In this document: piece by piece, positions 8,808 through 18,108 of the stretch
Layout: every line of letters starts with the position of its first letter
Position numbering within the stretch: position 1 is the stretch's first letter
NCBI GenBank assembly: GCA_028869975.1
Contig: JAGWQR010000258.1
Coordinates: 1-34,865, forward strand
From: Alphaproteobacteria bacterium
GTDB lineage: Bacteria > Pseudomonadota > Alphaproteobacteria > Sphingomonadales > Sphingomonadaceae
Length of the DNA: 34,865 nt
Reading direction: 5' to 3'
Program-made: the position numbers and the translations under genes
Notes under the pieces: generated by a model
The model's database searches: none
Told to the model about the DNA's origin: nothing
Seen by the model: only the letters and a program-made list of their open reading frames with translations

Positions 8808-11087
8808 ATGACCGATCAATCCCACGATAACAGCAACGTCGCATTTTCCGAGCGGGAAGCCCTTCATTATCACTCCGCAGGGCGACCGGGGAAGATCGAG
8901 ATTATCGCCTCCAAGCCGATGGCGACGCAGCGCGACCTCTCGCTCGCTTACTCGCCGGGGGTGGCGGTGCCGGTGCAGGCGATAGCCGACAATCCCGCCA
9001 CCGCCTATGATTACACCGCCAAGGGCAATCTGGTGGCGGTCATTTCCAACGGCACCGCCATTCTCGGCATGGGTAATCTGGGCGCGCTTGCCTCCAAGCC
9101 GGTGATGGAAGGCAAGGCGGTGCTGTTCAAGCGCTTTGCCGATGTCGATTCGATCGACATAGAGGTGGCGACCGAGGATCCGGATGCGTTTATCAATGCG
9201 GTCGCACTGCTTGAGCCGAGCTTCGGCGGCATCAACCTGGAGGACATCAAGGCCCCTGAATGCTTCATCATCGAGCAGACGCTCAGGGAACGCATGAAAA
9301 TTCCGGTGATGCATGATGACCAGCACGGCACCGCCATCATCTCCGCGGCCGGGCTCATCAACGCCGCCTTCCTAACCGGGCGTGAGCTGAAAGATATCCG
9401 GGTGGTGGTCAATGGCGCTGGCGCCTCGGCTATTGCGTGCACCGCGCTGATGAAAGCGATGGGTGTGCGGCATGACCATGTGACGATGTGTGATCGCACC
9501 GGCGTCATCTATCAGGGGCGCACCGAGGGGATGGACCAGTGGAAGTCGGCGCACGCGATTGTGACGCAAGCGCGCACGCTGGAGGAGGCGCTGGTCGGTG
9601 CGGATGTTTTCCTTGGCCTTTCCGCCAAGGATGCGCTCAAACCACACATGATCGAGAAAATGGCAAAGACGCCGATCATCTTCGCCATGGCCAATCCTGA
9701 CCCGGAAATCCGCCCGGAAGAAGCACGCAAGGTGCGCCCGGATGCGATTATCGCCACGGGGCGTTCGGATTACCCCAATCAGGTCAATAATGTGCTGGGG
9801 TTTCCGTTCATCTTCCGGGGTGCGCTTGATGTGCGCGCGACCGCGATCAACGAGGAGATGAAAATTGCCGCTGCGCACGCCATCGCCAATCTCGCGCGCG
9901 AGCATGTGCCCGAGGAAGTGGCGGCGGCCTATGGCGGGCAGACGCCAAGTTTTGGCAAGGATTATATCATCCCGGCACCATTTGATCCGCGCCTGATCGA
10001 AATTGTGCCGGCGGCAGTGGCGCAGGCCGCGATGGATTCGGGCGTGGCGACGCGGCCCATCCCTGATATGGAAGCCTATCGGCTGTGCCTGCGCGGGCGG
10101 CTCAACCCGACGACAACGGTGCTGACCAGCGCGTTCGATCAGGCGCGGGCGAAGCCGAAGCGCGTGGTCTTTGCCGAAGGCGAGGAAGAGGTGATGCTGC
10201 GCGCCGCCATCACCTTCGCCAATGAAGGGCTGGGCACGCCAGTCATCGTTGGCCGCACCGAGCGGGTGCGCACGCAACTCAAGGCGCTGGGCGTGGATGA
10301 TCCGAACGCATTTGAAATCCATAACGCCGCCAATTCAAAACTCGTGCCTGCCATGGTCGATCATCTTTATGCGCGCCACCAGCGCCGGGGGCTGATGCGG
10401 CGTGATTGCCAGCGCATGGTCAATCAGGATCGCAATATTTTCGGGTCTTTGCTGCTGGAGCTTGGCGTGGCCGACGCGATGATTACCGGCACCACGCGGC
10501 CCTATGCGCAATCGTTGCGCGCCGTGATGCGTGTGCTTGATCCGGCACCGGGGCGCACGCTAATGGGCGTGCATGTCATGGTGATGAAGAACCGCACCAT
10601 CTTCATTGCCGATTCAACCGTACATGAGCGACCCAATCCGCAGGAACTGGCCGACATCGCGATCCAGACGGCGGCGGTGGCGCGGCGGATGGGGCATGAC
10701 CCGCGCGTGGCCTTCCTCAGCTATTCCACTTTCGGCAATCCTTCGGGCAACTGGATTGGTGATTTGCGTGCGGCGGTGCAACTGCTCGATGAGCGCGGCG
10801 TTGACTTTGAGTATGAAGGCGAAATGGCGCCCGATGTGGCGCTCAACCCCGAAATGATGAAGCGCTATCCCTTCTCGCGCTTGTCTGCGCCCGCCAATGT
10901 TCTGGTAATGCCGGGGCTGCAATCGGCCAATCTGTCGTCCAAATTGCTGCGTGAACTGGGCGATGGCGCGGTGGTTGGGCCGATGCTGATTGGCCTCGCC
11001 AAACCGGTGCAGATCGCCACCATGACGTATAACGCCTCTGAACTGATTACGCTTGCTGTGCTGGCGGCAAGCGGTGTGGCGGTCTAG
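8808..11087 (+). CDS. maeB: NADP-dependent malic enzyme (malic enzyme domain fused to a phosphate acetyltransferase-like domain)
   Basis: 759 aa. N-terminal EALHYHSAGRPGKIEI...LSLAYSPGVA, dinucleotide fold VVVNGAGASAIAC, and a long PTA-like C-terminal half. SD GAAAGAGGA lies upstream of the ATG. Confidence 0.95.
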   Translation: MTDQSHDNSNVAFSEREALHYHSAGRPGKIEIIASKPMATQRDLSLAYSPGVAVPVQAIADNPATAYDYTAKGNLVAVISNGTAILGMGNLGALASKPVMEGKAVLFKRFADVDSIDIEVATEDPDAFINAVALLEPSFGGINLEDIKAPECFIIEQTLRERMKIPVMHDDQHGTAIISAAGLINAAFLTGRELKDIRVVVNGAGASAIACTALMKAMGVRHDHVTMCDRTGVIYQGRTEGMDQWKSAHAIVTQARTLEEALVGADVFLGLSAKDALKPHMIEKMAKTPIIFAMANPDPEIRPEEARKVRPDAIIATGRSDYPNQVNNVLGFPFIFRGALDVRATAINEEMKIAAAHAIANLAREHVPEEVAAAYGGQTPSFGKDYIIPAPFDPRLIEIVPAAVAQAAMDSGVATRPIPDMEAYRLCLRGRLNPTTTVLTSAFDQARAKPKRVVFAEGEEEVMLRAAITFANEGLGTPVIVGRTERVRTQLKALGVDDPNAFEIHNAANSKLVPAMVDHLYARHQRRGLMRRDCQRMVNQDRNIFGSLLLELGVADAMITGTTRPYAQSLRAVMRVLDPAPGRTLMGVHVMVMKNRTIFIADSTVHERPNPQELADIAIQTAAVARRMGHDPRVAFLSYSTFGNPSGNWIGDLRAAVQLLDERGVDFEYEGEMAPDVALNPEMMKRYPFSRLSAPANVLVMPGLQSANLSSKLLRELGDGAVVGPMLIGLAKPVQIATMTYNASELITLAVLAASGVAV

Positions 11088-11881
11088 ACCTCCAGATTAT
11101 CGATCAGGCGCGTACGGCCCAGATACGCGGCGGCGAACAGGCGCGCGCGCGGGGCGTTAGCGCTGAGCGGGGCGAGCGTCTCCTCGTCGGCGAGTTCGAG
11201 ATAATCGATGGGGCCAAAGCCTGCCTGCGCCAGTTTGGTACGCGCCTGCTCAAGCGCCTGCGCGACATCATCCCCCGCGCGGATCGCCTGCGCCGCCAGC
11301 GCGAGTGCCTTGGGCAGGGTGGCCGCTGCCACGCGCTCATCGGCGCTGAGATAAGCGTTACGTGAGGAGAGGGCCAGGCCATCCGCCTCGCGCATGATCG
11401 GGCAGCCGATAATCTCGACACCCAGATTGAGATCGGTGTTCAACCGGCGGATGATGGCGAGCTGCTGCCAGTCCTTCTCGCCGAACACGGCAATATCGGG
11501 GCGGATGAGCGCAAATAATTTGGTGATGATTGTCGCCACCCCGGCAAAATGGCCGGGCCGCACCGGGCCGCACAATGTCTCGCTCAACCTCGCAACCCGC
11601 ACGCTGGTCGCATAGCCGGGCGGATAGATCAAATCTGCATCGGGAATCCAGACCAGATCAGCCCCGGCAGCGCGCAGCTTTTCCGCATCACCCGCAATGT
11701 CGCGCGGATAAGCATCAAAATCCTCGCCTGCGCTGAACTGCTTCGGGTTGACGAAGATGGTGACGATGATCCGGTCCGCCAGCGTGCGCGCGCAATCGAC
11801 CAGCGCGAGATGCCCGGCATGGAGCGCGCCCATCGTCGGCACCAGCGCCACGCTTTCATTGCGCTTGCGCAATGACGACAA
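11084..11881 (-). CDS. panC: Pantoate--beta-alanine ligase
   Basis: Motifs VPTMGALHAGHLALV, FVNPKQF, GHFAGVATIITKLF, FGEKDWQQL and SSRNAYL. The track start is a TTG. The frame stays open upstream (…LQTVNNLEALKEAL), so the true start may be up to about 36 nt further 5'. Confidence 0.92.
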   Translation of the reverse strand: MSSLRKRNESVALVPTMGALHAGHLALVDCARTLADRIIVTIFVNPKQFSAGEDFDAYPRDIAGDAEKLRAAGADLVWIPDADLIYPPGYATSVRVARLSETLCGPVRPGHFAGVATIITKLFALIRPDIAVFGEKDWQQLAIIRRLNTDLNLGVEIIGCPIMREADGLALSSRNAYLSADERVAAATLPKALALAAQAIRAGDDVAQALEQARTKLAQAGFGPIDYLELADEETLAPLSANAPRARLFAAAYLGRTRLIDNLEV

Positions 11882-11999
11882 TGCTTCTTTCAGCGCCTCA
11901 AGATTGTTAACCGTTTGCAGAGCATCGCGTCCTTCGTTAGGAGGTAAGCGCTTTTGGCGGGGGTAGTTCGCCGAATCAAGGGAGAATCGGCGTCAGCCT

Positions 12000-12791
12000 A
12001 TGGCACCGCACAAAACGCATTATATTGTCTTTGCCAATGAAAAGGGCGGCACCGGCAAATCAACCACCGCCGTTCATGTTGCGGTCGCGCTTGCCGTGCA
12101 GGGGCGCAAGGTGGCGGCACTTGATCTGGATGGCCGCCAGCGCACCATGGCGCGCTATTTCGAGAATCGCCTTGAAACCGCCAAACGCCGCAGCATCATG
12201 CTGCCGACACCGGCATTTGCAGCAGTGAATGGTGATACGCTCGCCGAATATGACCGGCTGATCGACACATTGAGTGTGGATGCCGAGTTTCTGGTGATCG
12301 ACACGCCGGGGCGCGACGACAAGCTAGCCCGGATTTCTGCCCGGCGCGCCGACACCATCGTCACACCGATCAATGATTCTTTCGTCGATCTTGATCTGAT
12401 CGGCCAGGTCGATGGCGAGAATTACAAGGTCAAGAAGCCCAGTTTCTATGCCGAACTGATTTTTGAAGCGCGGCGCGACCGGGCGAAACTGGATGGTGCC
12501 ACCGTCGATTGGGTGGTGCTACGCAACCGGCTTTCACAGCTCGACGCGCACAACAAGCGGCGGGTTGAGCAGGCGTTGCGCGAACTGACCGCGCGTGTGG
12601 GGTTCCGGGTGGTGCCGGGCTTGAGCGAGCGGGTCATCTACCGCGAACTCTTCCCCTCAGGCCTGACCCTGCTCGATCTCGGCCAGATTCCCGATGCAGG
12701 GCTGAGCCATATCGCCGCGCGTCAGGAAATGCGCGAGCTGGTGGCGGGGCTCGATCTGCCGCAAGAGCAATACAGCCTCGCCAGCGTGTAA
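12000..12791 (+). CDS. mipZ: Division-plane positioning ATPase MipZ (ParA-like)
   Basis: Deviant Walker A FANEKGGTGKST, plus DLDGRQRT, TPINDSFVDLDLIG, DWVVLRNRL and RVIYRELFPSGLTLLDL. These align closely with the Caulobacter MipZ sequence as I recall it. Confidence 0.85.
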   Translation: MAPHKTHYIVFANEKGGTGKSTTAVHVAVALAVQGRKVAALDLDGRQRTMARYFENRLETAKRRSIMLPTPAFAAVNGDTLAEYDRLIDTLSVDAEFLVIDTPGRDDKLARISARRADTIVTPINDSFVDLDLIGQVDGENYKVKKPSFYAELIFEARRDRAKLDGATVDWVVLRNRLSQLDAHNKRRVEQALRELTARVGFRVVPGLSERVIYRELFPSGLTLLDLGQIPDAGLSHIAARQEMRELVAGLDLPQEQYSLASV

Positions 12792-12812
12792 GCAGGCGCG
12801 GCTGCGGCGTTT

Positions 12813-13418
12813 CTAAAGGCTTGGCCCCTGCATCTGCCGGTGTGCGCCTGGTTTGATGTCCTTGAAGGCCTCGGCCAGCGCAGGATCACGGGTAAAACGC
12901 TGGGCGTAGGTGCGCGCAGAGGTTCCGGCGATAAAATCAGGCTTGTCGGGATCAGCCCCCGCATGCAGCAGCAGGTGAACCAGCGGCACATCATCACGCT
13001 CGGTCGCAATGATGAGTGGCGTTTCGCCGTCCTTGTCGGCCAAATCAACACTGGCATGGAATTTGAGCAATAAATCAGCCCCGTCGAGAAAGCCAAGCTG
13101 CGCCGCAATGATGAGCGGGGTTTCGCCCTTGCTGTTACGCAGATTGGGTTTGGCTCCCTTGCCGAGCAGGAAGCCGAGCCAGGTGGTATCACGGTTGCGC
13201 GTGACGATATGCAGCGCGGATTCGCCGCTGGTTGAATCCTGCGTATCGATGATGTTCGATCCGGGCTTGTTGATATATTTCATGGTTTCGGCCCCGTCAC
13301 GATCCTTGACGGCCTTGAGGAAATTATAACTGTCAGAAAATTGCGCATATGCGGCTGCCGGCAGGGCCATACAGAGCAAAGTGGCGATTGCAATGACATT
13401 CCGGCGCATGATTTTCAT
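12813..13418 (-). CDS. Ankyrin-repeat protein with N-terminal signal peptide
   Basis: Signal MKIMRRNVIAIATLLCMALPAAAYA. Repeated G(E/D)(S/T)(A/P)L(H/I)IA...LL..GA.(P/V)(N/D) ankyrin units (SGESALHIVT, KGETPLIIAAQLG, DGETPLIIATERD). Confidence 0.85.
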   Translation of the reverse strand: MKIMRRNVIAIATLLCMALPAAAYAQFSDSYNFLKAVKDRDGAETMKYINKPGSNIIDTQDSTSGESALHIVTRNRDTTWLGFLLGKGAKPNLRNSKGETPLIIAAQLGFLDGADLLLKFHASVDLADKDGETPLIIATERDDVPLVHLLLHAGADPDKPDFIAGTSARTYAQRFTRDPALAEAFKDIKPGAHRQMQGPSL

Positions 13419-13478
13419 CCTGTTGACTAAACGGAATCACCCTTGCGCCGGCTGCTTTTGCAATGCAAGACTGTCGCT

Positions 13479-14090
13479 ATGCTGAACTGTCCACATGTCC
13501 CTGTTTTGGCACTGCTGATGGCGCTGATTGTGCCGCTGGCGGGGTGCAAGCTGGCGCCGCAGGGGCAGCCTATTTCGTGGATCAGGCAGGCTCATATCGG
13601 CGGGCCGTTCAACCTGATCGATCAGGATGGCCAGCCGGTGTCGGACACAAGCTTGCAGGGCAAATACCGCATCATCTATTTCGGCTATACCTTCTGCCCC
13701 GATGCCTGCCCGACCGATATGCAGCAACTGATGAGCGGCTTCCGGATTTTTGAGCGCGCACACCCCGACAAGGCCACGAAAGTGCAGCCGATCTTCATCA
13801 CGGTGGATCCGGCGCGCGATAACCCCGCGCATCTCAAAGCCTTTGTGCGCGCGTTCCATCCGCGCCTGATGGGGCTGACCGGAACACCCGCACAGATCGC
13901 CGCCGTCGCCAAAGAATATGCCGCCGTTTATCAGGCCCAGAAACCGGGGCCGAACGGGAAGTATCTGGTCGATCACAGCCGCACCGCCGTGCTTTATGGG
14001 CCGCAGGGTGCGCCGCTGATTCTGCTGAGCATCGGCACCGTGGGCACGCCGCAACGCATCGCCGACGAGCTGGCCGCCGGGGTGCGTTGA
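13479..14090 (+). CDS. SCO1/SenC-family copper chaperone / thiol-disulfide oxidoreductase (lipoprotein)
   Basis: Lipobox LAGC, CxxxC motif FGYTFCPDACPT and a downstream DHS histidine. I prefer ATG 13479 to the track's TTG at 13443. Confidence 0.88.
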   Translation: MLNCPHVPVLALLMALIVPLAGCKLAPQGQPISWIRQAHIGGPFNLIDQDGQPVSDTSLQGKYRIIYFGYTFCPDACPTDMQQLMSGFRIFERAHPDKATKVQPIFITVDPARDNPAHLKAFVRAFHPRLMGLTGTPAQIAAVAKEYAAVYQAQKPGPNGKYLVDHSRTAVLYGPQGAPLILLSIGTVGTPQRIADELAAGVR

Positions 14091-14530
14091 TGCCCTTCTG
14101 GGCCGATACGCCGCTCGCCGCGCTCGATCGCGCGCAATGGGAGGCGCTGTGCGACGGTTGCGGCAAATGCTGCCTGCACAAGCTGGAGGATGAGGTGACC
14201 GCCGAGGTTTTCCTTACCAATGTCGCATGCAAATTGCTTGATCGGCGCAGCGGCCGGTGCAGCGATTATCGGCACCGCTTCGCCTATGTGCCCGCGTGCA
14301 TTCGGCTCACGCCCGCCAAGCTGAAGCAGATGGACTGGCTGCCTCCCACCTGCGCCTATGTGCTGCGCGCGGCAGGCAAGCCGCTCCCCGCCTGGCATTA
14401 TCTGGTTTGCGGTGACCCGGAAGCGGTGCATGCAGCGGGCATGTCGGTGCGCGGGATGACCGTTTCCGAAAATGATGTCGTTGATCTGGAGGACCATGTT
14501 CTTGAAGCCGATCATCCCTGGAATGCGTGA
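14090..14530 (+). CDS. ycgN: YcgN-family cysteine-cluster protein (UPF0260)
   Basis: Motifs WEALCDGCGKCCLHK, CKLLD...CSDY and WLPPTCAY. The ATG overlaps the sco stop (TGATG). Confidence 0.85.
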   Translation: MPFWADTPLAALDRAQWEALCDGCGKCCLHKLEDEVTAEVFLTNVACKLLDRRSGRCSDYRHRFAYVPACIRLTPAKLKQMDWLPPTCAYVLRAAGKPLPAWHYLVCGDPEAVHAAGMSVRGMTVSENDVVDLEDHVLEADHPWNA

Positions 14531-15251
14531 TGCGGCACCGCTCATGCTCGCCGGGCGCGCGGTGCAGGTGGTGCGTCATCCGCGCGCACGGGCGCTGCGC
14601 CTGCGGCTTGACCGGCGCTCGGGTGCGGTTATCCTCACCCTGCCGCCGCGTGCGGGGATGCGCGATGCGCTCGCCTGGGCACGCAGCAAGGAAGATTGGG
14701 TGCGCGGTGCGGTGGACGAGGCGCAGGCACCAATGCCGATCTGCGCGGGCATGAGCATTCCCTATTGCGGGGGCGCGGTGCGGCTGGTGCATGCGCCGCA
14801 GGCATCGCGGGTGCCGCATCTGGTGGCGGATCAACTGATTGTGGGCGGCGCTGCGGCAGAGCTGCCGGGCCGCGTCATCCGCTGGCTCAAGCGCGCCGCG
14901 CTCGATCTGCTGACGCGCGAGACTGCCGAATTTGCCGCGCTTGTGCCGGTGACGGTGGCGGGCGTTGGCGTGGGCGACCCGGTCTCGCGCTGGGGAAGCT
15001 GTGCAGCATCGGGCAAAATCCGCTATAGCTGGCGGCTGATCCTGGCGCCGGCCAATGTTCGCCGGGCCACCGTGGCGCATGAGGTGGCGCACCGGGTGCA
15101 TATGAACCACAGCCCGGCGTTTCATGCGCAGGTGGCGCAGCTTCTGGGTCATGATCCCAAGGCAGAACGCGCCTGGTTGCGTGCGCATGGCCCGGCGCTG
15201 CAACGCTGGGGCATGGCCGTGCCGCATAAAGGAGATAATGATGAGTATTGA
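14523..15251 (+). CDS. YgjP-like zinc metallohydrolase (DUF45 / M48-SprT-like)
   Basis: WGSCAASGKIRYSWRLILAP and the HEVAHRVHMNHS (HExxH...NHS) motif. I chose ATG 14523 (MRDAAPL...), which overlaps the ycgN stop by 8 nt. The track ORF begins at 14472. Confidence 0.8.
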   Translation: MRDAAPLMLAGRAVQVVRHPRARALRLRLDRRSGAVILTLPPRAGMRDALAWARSKEDWVRGAVDEAQAPMPICAGMSIPYCGGAVRLVHAPQASRVPHLVADQLIVGGAAAELPGRVIRWLKRAALDLLTRETAEFAALVPVTVAGVGVGDPVSRWGSCAASGKIRYSWRLILAPANVRRATVAHEVAHRVHMNHSPAFHAQVAQLLGHDPKAERAWLRAHGPALQRWGMAVPHKGDNDEY

Positions 15252-15867
15252 ACCCCTGCTCGCCGGGTATAAGCGCTTTCTCGCGGGTGATCTCGGGCGC
15301 CACCGCGCGCGTTGGGAACGCCTTGCGCAGGGCCAGTCGCCTAAAATCATGGTGATCGCCTGCTCGGACAGCCGGGTTGATCCGGCGACGATCTTCGATG
15401 CCGGGCCAGGCGAGATTTTTGCGGTGCGCAATGTCGCCAATATCGTGCCGCCCGACCTTGGCGAGAGCGGCTATCATGGTGTTTCTGCGGCGATTGAATT
15501 TGCGGTGACGCAGCTCGAAGTCAGCGAAATTGTGGTGATGGGGCATGGTCAATGCGGTGGGTGCGGGGCGGCGCTTTCGCACCATTTTGATGCGGCGGCC
15601 CCCGGTGCGGGCGGCTATATCGACCGCTGGCTTGATCTGGTGGCGCCGGTGCGCGACGCGGTGATTGCGCAGCACGGCGCGCACGCCACCACCGCAATGG
15701 AGCAGGCCGTGGTGCGGATGAGCCTTGATAATCTGCGTTCATTCCCCTGGATTGCGCAGCGCGAGCGCGATGGCCGCCTGCAACTCCATGGTGCCTGGTT
15801 TGCGATCATGCAGGGCGAATTGCACCTGCTCGATGAGGCGAGCGGGGCGTTTGCCCCCGTACGCTAG
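15238..15867 (+). CDS. Beta-class carbonic anhydrase
   Basis: Motifs IMVIACSDSRVDP and VVMGHGQCGGC (zinc ligands). AAAGGAGA SD lies at 15228-15235 before ATGATG at 15238. The upstream part of the track ORF overlaps the previous gene. Confidence 0.88.
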   Translation: MMSIEPLLAGYKRFLAGDLGRHRARWERLAQGQSPKIMVIACSDSRVDPATIFDAGPGEIFAVRNVANIVPPDLGESGYHGVSAAIEFAVTQLEVSEIVVMGHGQCGGCGAALSHHFDAAAPGAGGYIDRWLDLVAPVRDAVIAQHGAHATTAMEQAVVRMSLDNLRSFPWIAQRERDGRLQLHGAWFAIMQGELHLLDEASGAFAPVR

Positions 15868-16616
15868 GGATTTACGGTGCGGGCGGCACGCGCTTCGGCA
15901 ATCGCCTGCTTGAGGCGCTCATAACCCAGGGCACCGTCGATCAGTTGATTGCCAACCACCCAGCCCGGCGTGCCATCAACCCCGATTTTCTGCGCCAGGC
16001 TGAGATTGGCGTTGATTTGGGCGCGCAGTGCGGGGTCGGCCAGAGCCTTGGCAGACGGCGTTTGAAACCCGCTCGCCTGCGCGGCTTTGGCCACATTCTG
16101 TGCGCTGGCCTCATCATGGGCATAGACCGCGCGGTGGAACGCGGCCCAGTTGCCGCCCTTGGTCTGCGCAAGACTGAGGCTCACCAGCGCCGCCGCATCG
16201 CTGTCTGCCCCAAGCACGGGGATTTCGCGATAGACGACCTTGAGGTGCGGATCCTCCCGGAGCAGCCGGTCAATATCGGGCACGCTGGCGCGGCAGAAGC
16301 CGCAATTATAATCGAAAAACTCGACCAAAGTGACATCGCCGTGCGGATCGCCCTCCCATTCATGGCCGAACGGGGTTTCGATCGCGGCACGGTTTTCATT
16401 CAAAAGCTTGGTGGTCTGGCGGGTTTTAAGCGCGGTAAGTGCTTCGGGAATAATCTCCGGGTGCGCGAGCAGATAATCATGCACGATGGATTCCACGGCG
16501 GCGCGATCCGGCGCGGGCGAGGCCGGGGGTGTTTGAGCGCCAACGCCCGTCGATAGCATCGCCAGCGCGCACAGCCCCGCCAGCCCCCGCAACCCCAACC
16601 CCTTCAAATCTGTCAT
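15864..16616 (-). CDS. DsbA-family periplasmic thiol:disulfide oxidoreductase
   Basis: Signal peptide MTDLKGLGLRGLAGLCALAMLSTGVGAQ. Active site FFDYNCGFCR (CxxC) and GTPGWVV. The track ORF (to 17018) reads through into the upstream gene. The real ATG is at 16616, 1 nt after the upstream stop. Confidence 0.85.
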   Translation of the reverse strand: MTDLKGLGLRGLAGLCALAMLSTGVGAQTPPASPAPDRAAVESIVHDYLLAHPEIIPEALTALKTRQTTKLLNENRAAIETPFGHEWEGDPHGDVTLVEFFDYNCGFCRASVPDIDRLLREDPHLKVVYREIPVLGADSDAAALVSLSLAQTKGGNWAAFHRAVYAHDEASAQNVAKAAQASGFQTPSAKALADPALRAQINANLSLAQKIGVDGTPGWVVGNQLIDGALGYERLKQAIAEARAARTVNP

Positions 16617-16617
16617 T

Positions 16618-18009
16618 TTAGTGTCTGCCCTTCTTCTTTTTGGCGAGTTCAGCCTTGGCGCTGAGCAATATATCCTGTGCGCGCAGCGAATCGGGGCTGC
16701 CGGTGGGCAAGCCGCGATAGGCGACATTGGCCTGCTGCTCGGCCATGCGGAAATCATGCTCAAGATCGGCGCTTTCCGCCGAACAGAGCGCGGCATGCGG
16801 CACATCGCCCATCCGGTCATAAATTTCGCCCATGCCATACCAGGCGAGCGGATTGTCACGATCCTTGTCCACCGCCGCATGGAGGATACGCAGCGCCTCG
16901 GGGTAATTGGTGCGATCTCCGGTTTCAATGAGCGCCTGGCCGAAGGTAGCGGCGATGAGCGGCTGATTCTCGGTGAGCGTGGTGGCTTCGCGCAAAGGCG
17001 CGACCGCATCTTTGGCATGGCCCGATTCGAGCAGAATCTGACCTTTCAGCTCCAGAAAATAGGGATCATGCGGGGCAGTGGCGAGCAGCGCATTCACCTC
17101 TTCCATCGCCTTGTCGGGGTAAGCGGCGCGGTGCCAGGCATAGGCGCGGGCATAATGCGCGGGCTGGCCCTGCATCGTTTCGGGGTATTCGAGCATGACC
17201 TGCGCGGGCGGATCAACATAACCGGAAAGCTTCGCCTTCACCCTTTGAAAGCGGGCCTCAAGTGCGGGATCGGTTTTGGCATTCCATGCGGAGGAGCGCG
17301 GGTAGCTATCCTCCAGAAAGCGGATGCGATCCGGCGTGAGTGGATGATTCTGCGCAAACGAGGCCGCCTCGCTGTGCGAATAGCTGTGTCGGTGCTCAAG
17401 CGAATCGAGCTTCTTGAAGAATTCAAGGCTGCCGCGCCCGCTGATATGGGCCTTGTCGAGAAATTTCACGCCGGCGGCATCGGCCGTCGCTTCCTGCTCG
17501 CGGCTATATGCAAGCAGCTTGCCCTCTGCCGCGCGCTGGCTGGCGCCCAATATGCCGGCCGCGGCCTCGCCGCTATCACTCCCGCCCGCCGCCGCCGCCG
17601 CCACGCCGAGCAACAGCCCGAGCAGCATCACCGCATACGCATTTTTGGCGCCTTCCTCAAAGCGGATGACATGCCCGCCCGCCATATGGCCCAGTTCATG
17701 TGCGATGACACCCTGCACCTGGTTGATATTATCTGCGGCGGTAATCAGCCCGGAATTGATGAACACGGTCTGCCCGCCTGCCACAAAGGCGTTGATCTCG
17801 GGATCGTGCACAATCGCGATATCGACATTGCGTGGATCCAGTCCGGCGGCAATGACCAGCGGGCGCACCGCATCGCGCAGCACAGCCTCGGTTTCGGCGT
17901 CACGCAGAATTTCCTGCGCCATCACTGGGCGCGCGGTCATGCACGAAAGCGCAAGCATGGCGAGCAACCAGCCAGAAAGGCGTAACAGGTGCGGCATTCT
18001 GAACGGCAT
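16618..18009 (-). CDS. M48-family zinc metalloprotease with C-terminal TPR region (BepA/YfgC-like)
   Basis: HELGHMAGGH (HExxH) and a signal peptide (LLRLSGWLLAMLALSCMTARPVMAQE). TPR-like C-terminal half. The start is uncertain among the ATGs at 18054, 18009 and 17997. Confidence 0.85.
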   Translation of the reverse strand: MPFRMPHLLRLSGWLLAMLALSCMTARPVMAQEILRDAETEAVLRDAVRPLVIAAGLDPRNVDIAIVHDPEINAFVAGGQTVFINSGLITAADNINQVQGVIAHELGHMAGGHVIRFEEGAKNAYAVMLLGLLLGVAAAAAGGSDSGEAAAGILGASQRAAEGKLLAYSREQEATADAAGVKFLDKAHISGRGSLEFFKKLDSLEHRHSYSHSEAASFAQNHPLTPDRIRFLEDSYPRSSAWNAKTDPALEARFQRVKAKLSGYVDPPAQVMLEYPETMQGQPAHYARAYAWHRAAYPDKAMEEVNALLATAPHDPYFLELKGQILLESGHAKDAVAPLREATTLTENQPLIAATFGQALIETGDRTNYPEALRILHAAVDKDRDNPLAWYGMGEIYDRMGDVPHAALCSAESADLEHDFRMAEQQANVAYRGLPTGSPDSLRAQDILLSAKAELAKKKKGRH

Positions 18010-18108
18010 GATCCGCCCTAGTGCACGCGGCGTGATGAACCGCCGCTTAAGCATCTGCTGCGTCCCGATCTGGCCTGTGCTGGGCCACACACGCCATATG
18101 CGCCTCGG

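Noticed and set aside
9372-10322. 316-aa minus-strand ORF inside maeB, and the 377-aa ORF 14307..15440 opposite ycgN/ygjP/carbonic anhydrase
   Set aside because: Same high-GC shadow-ORF pattern. The sense-strand genes are strongly supported.
11084-11087. maeB and panC stop codons overlapping in the palindrome CTAG
   Set aside because: This is a coincidental consequence of TAG being self-complementary within CTAG. It only shows tight packing (noted under convergent junctions).
16617-17018. N-terminal 134-codon extension of the DsbA ORF in the track (15864..17018)
   Set aside because: The extension overlaps the 3' end of the M48 protease in another frame and is Arg/Pro/Ser-rich. A proper signal peptide begins at ATG 16616.
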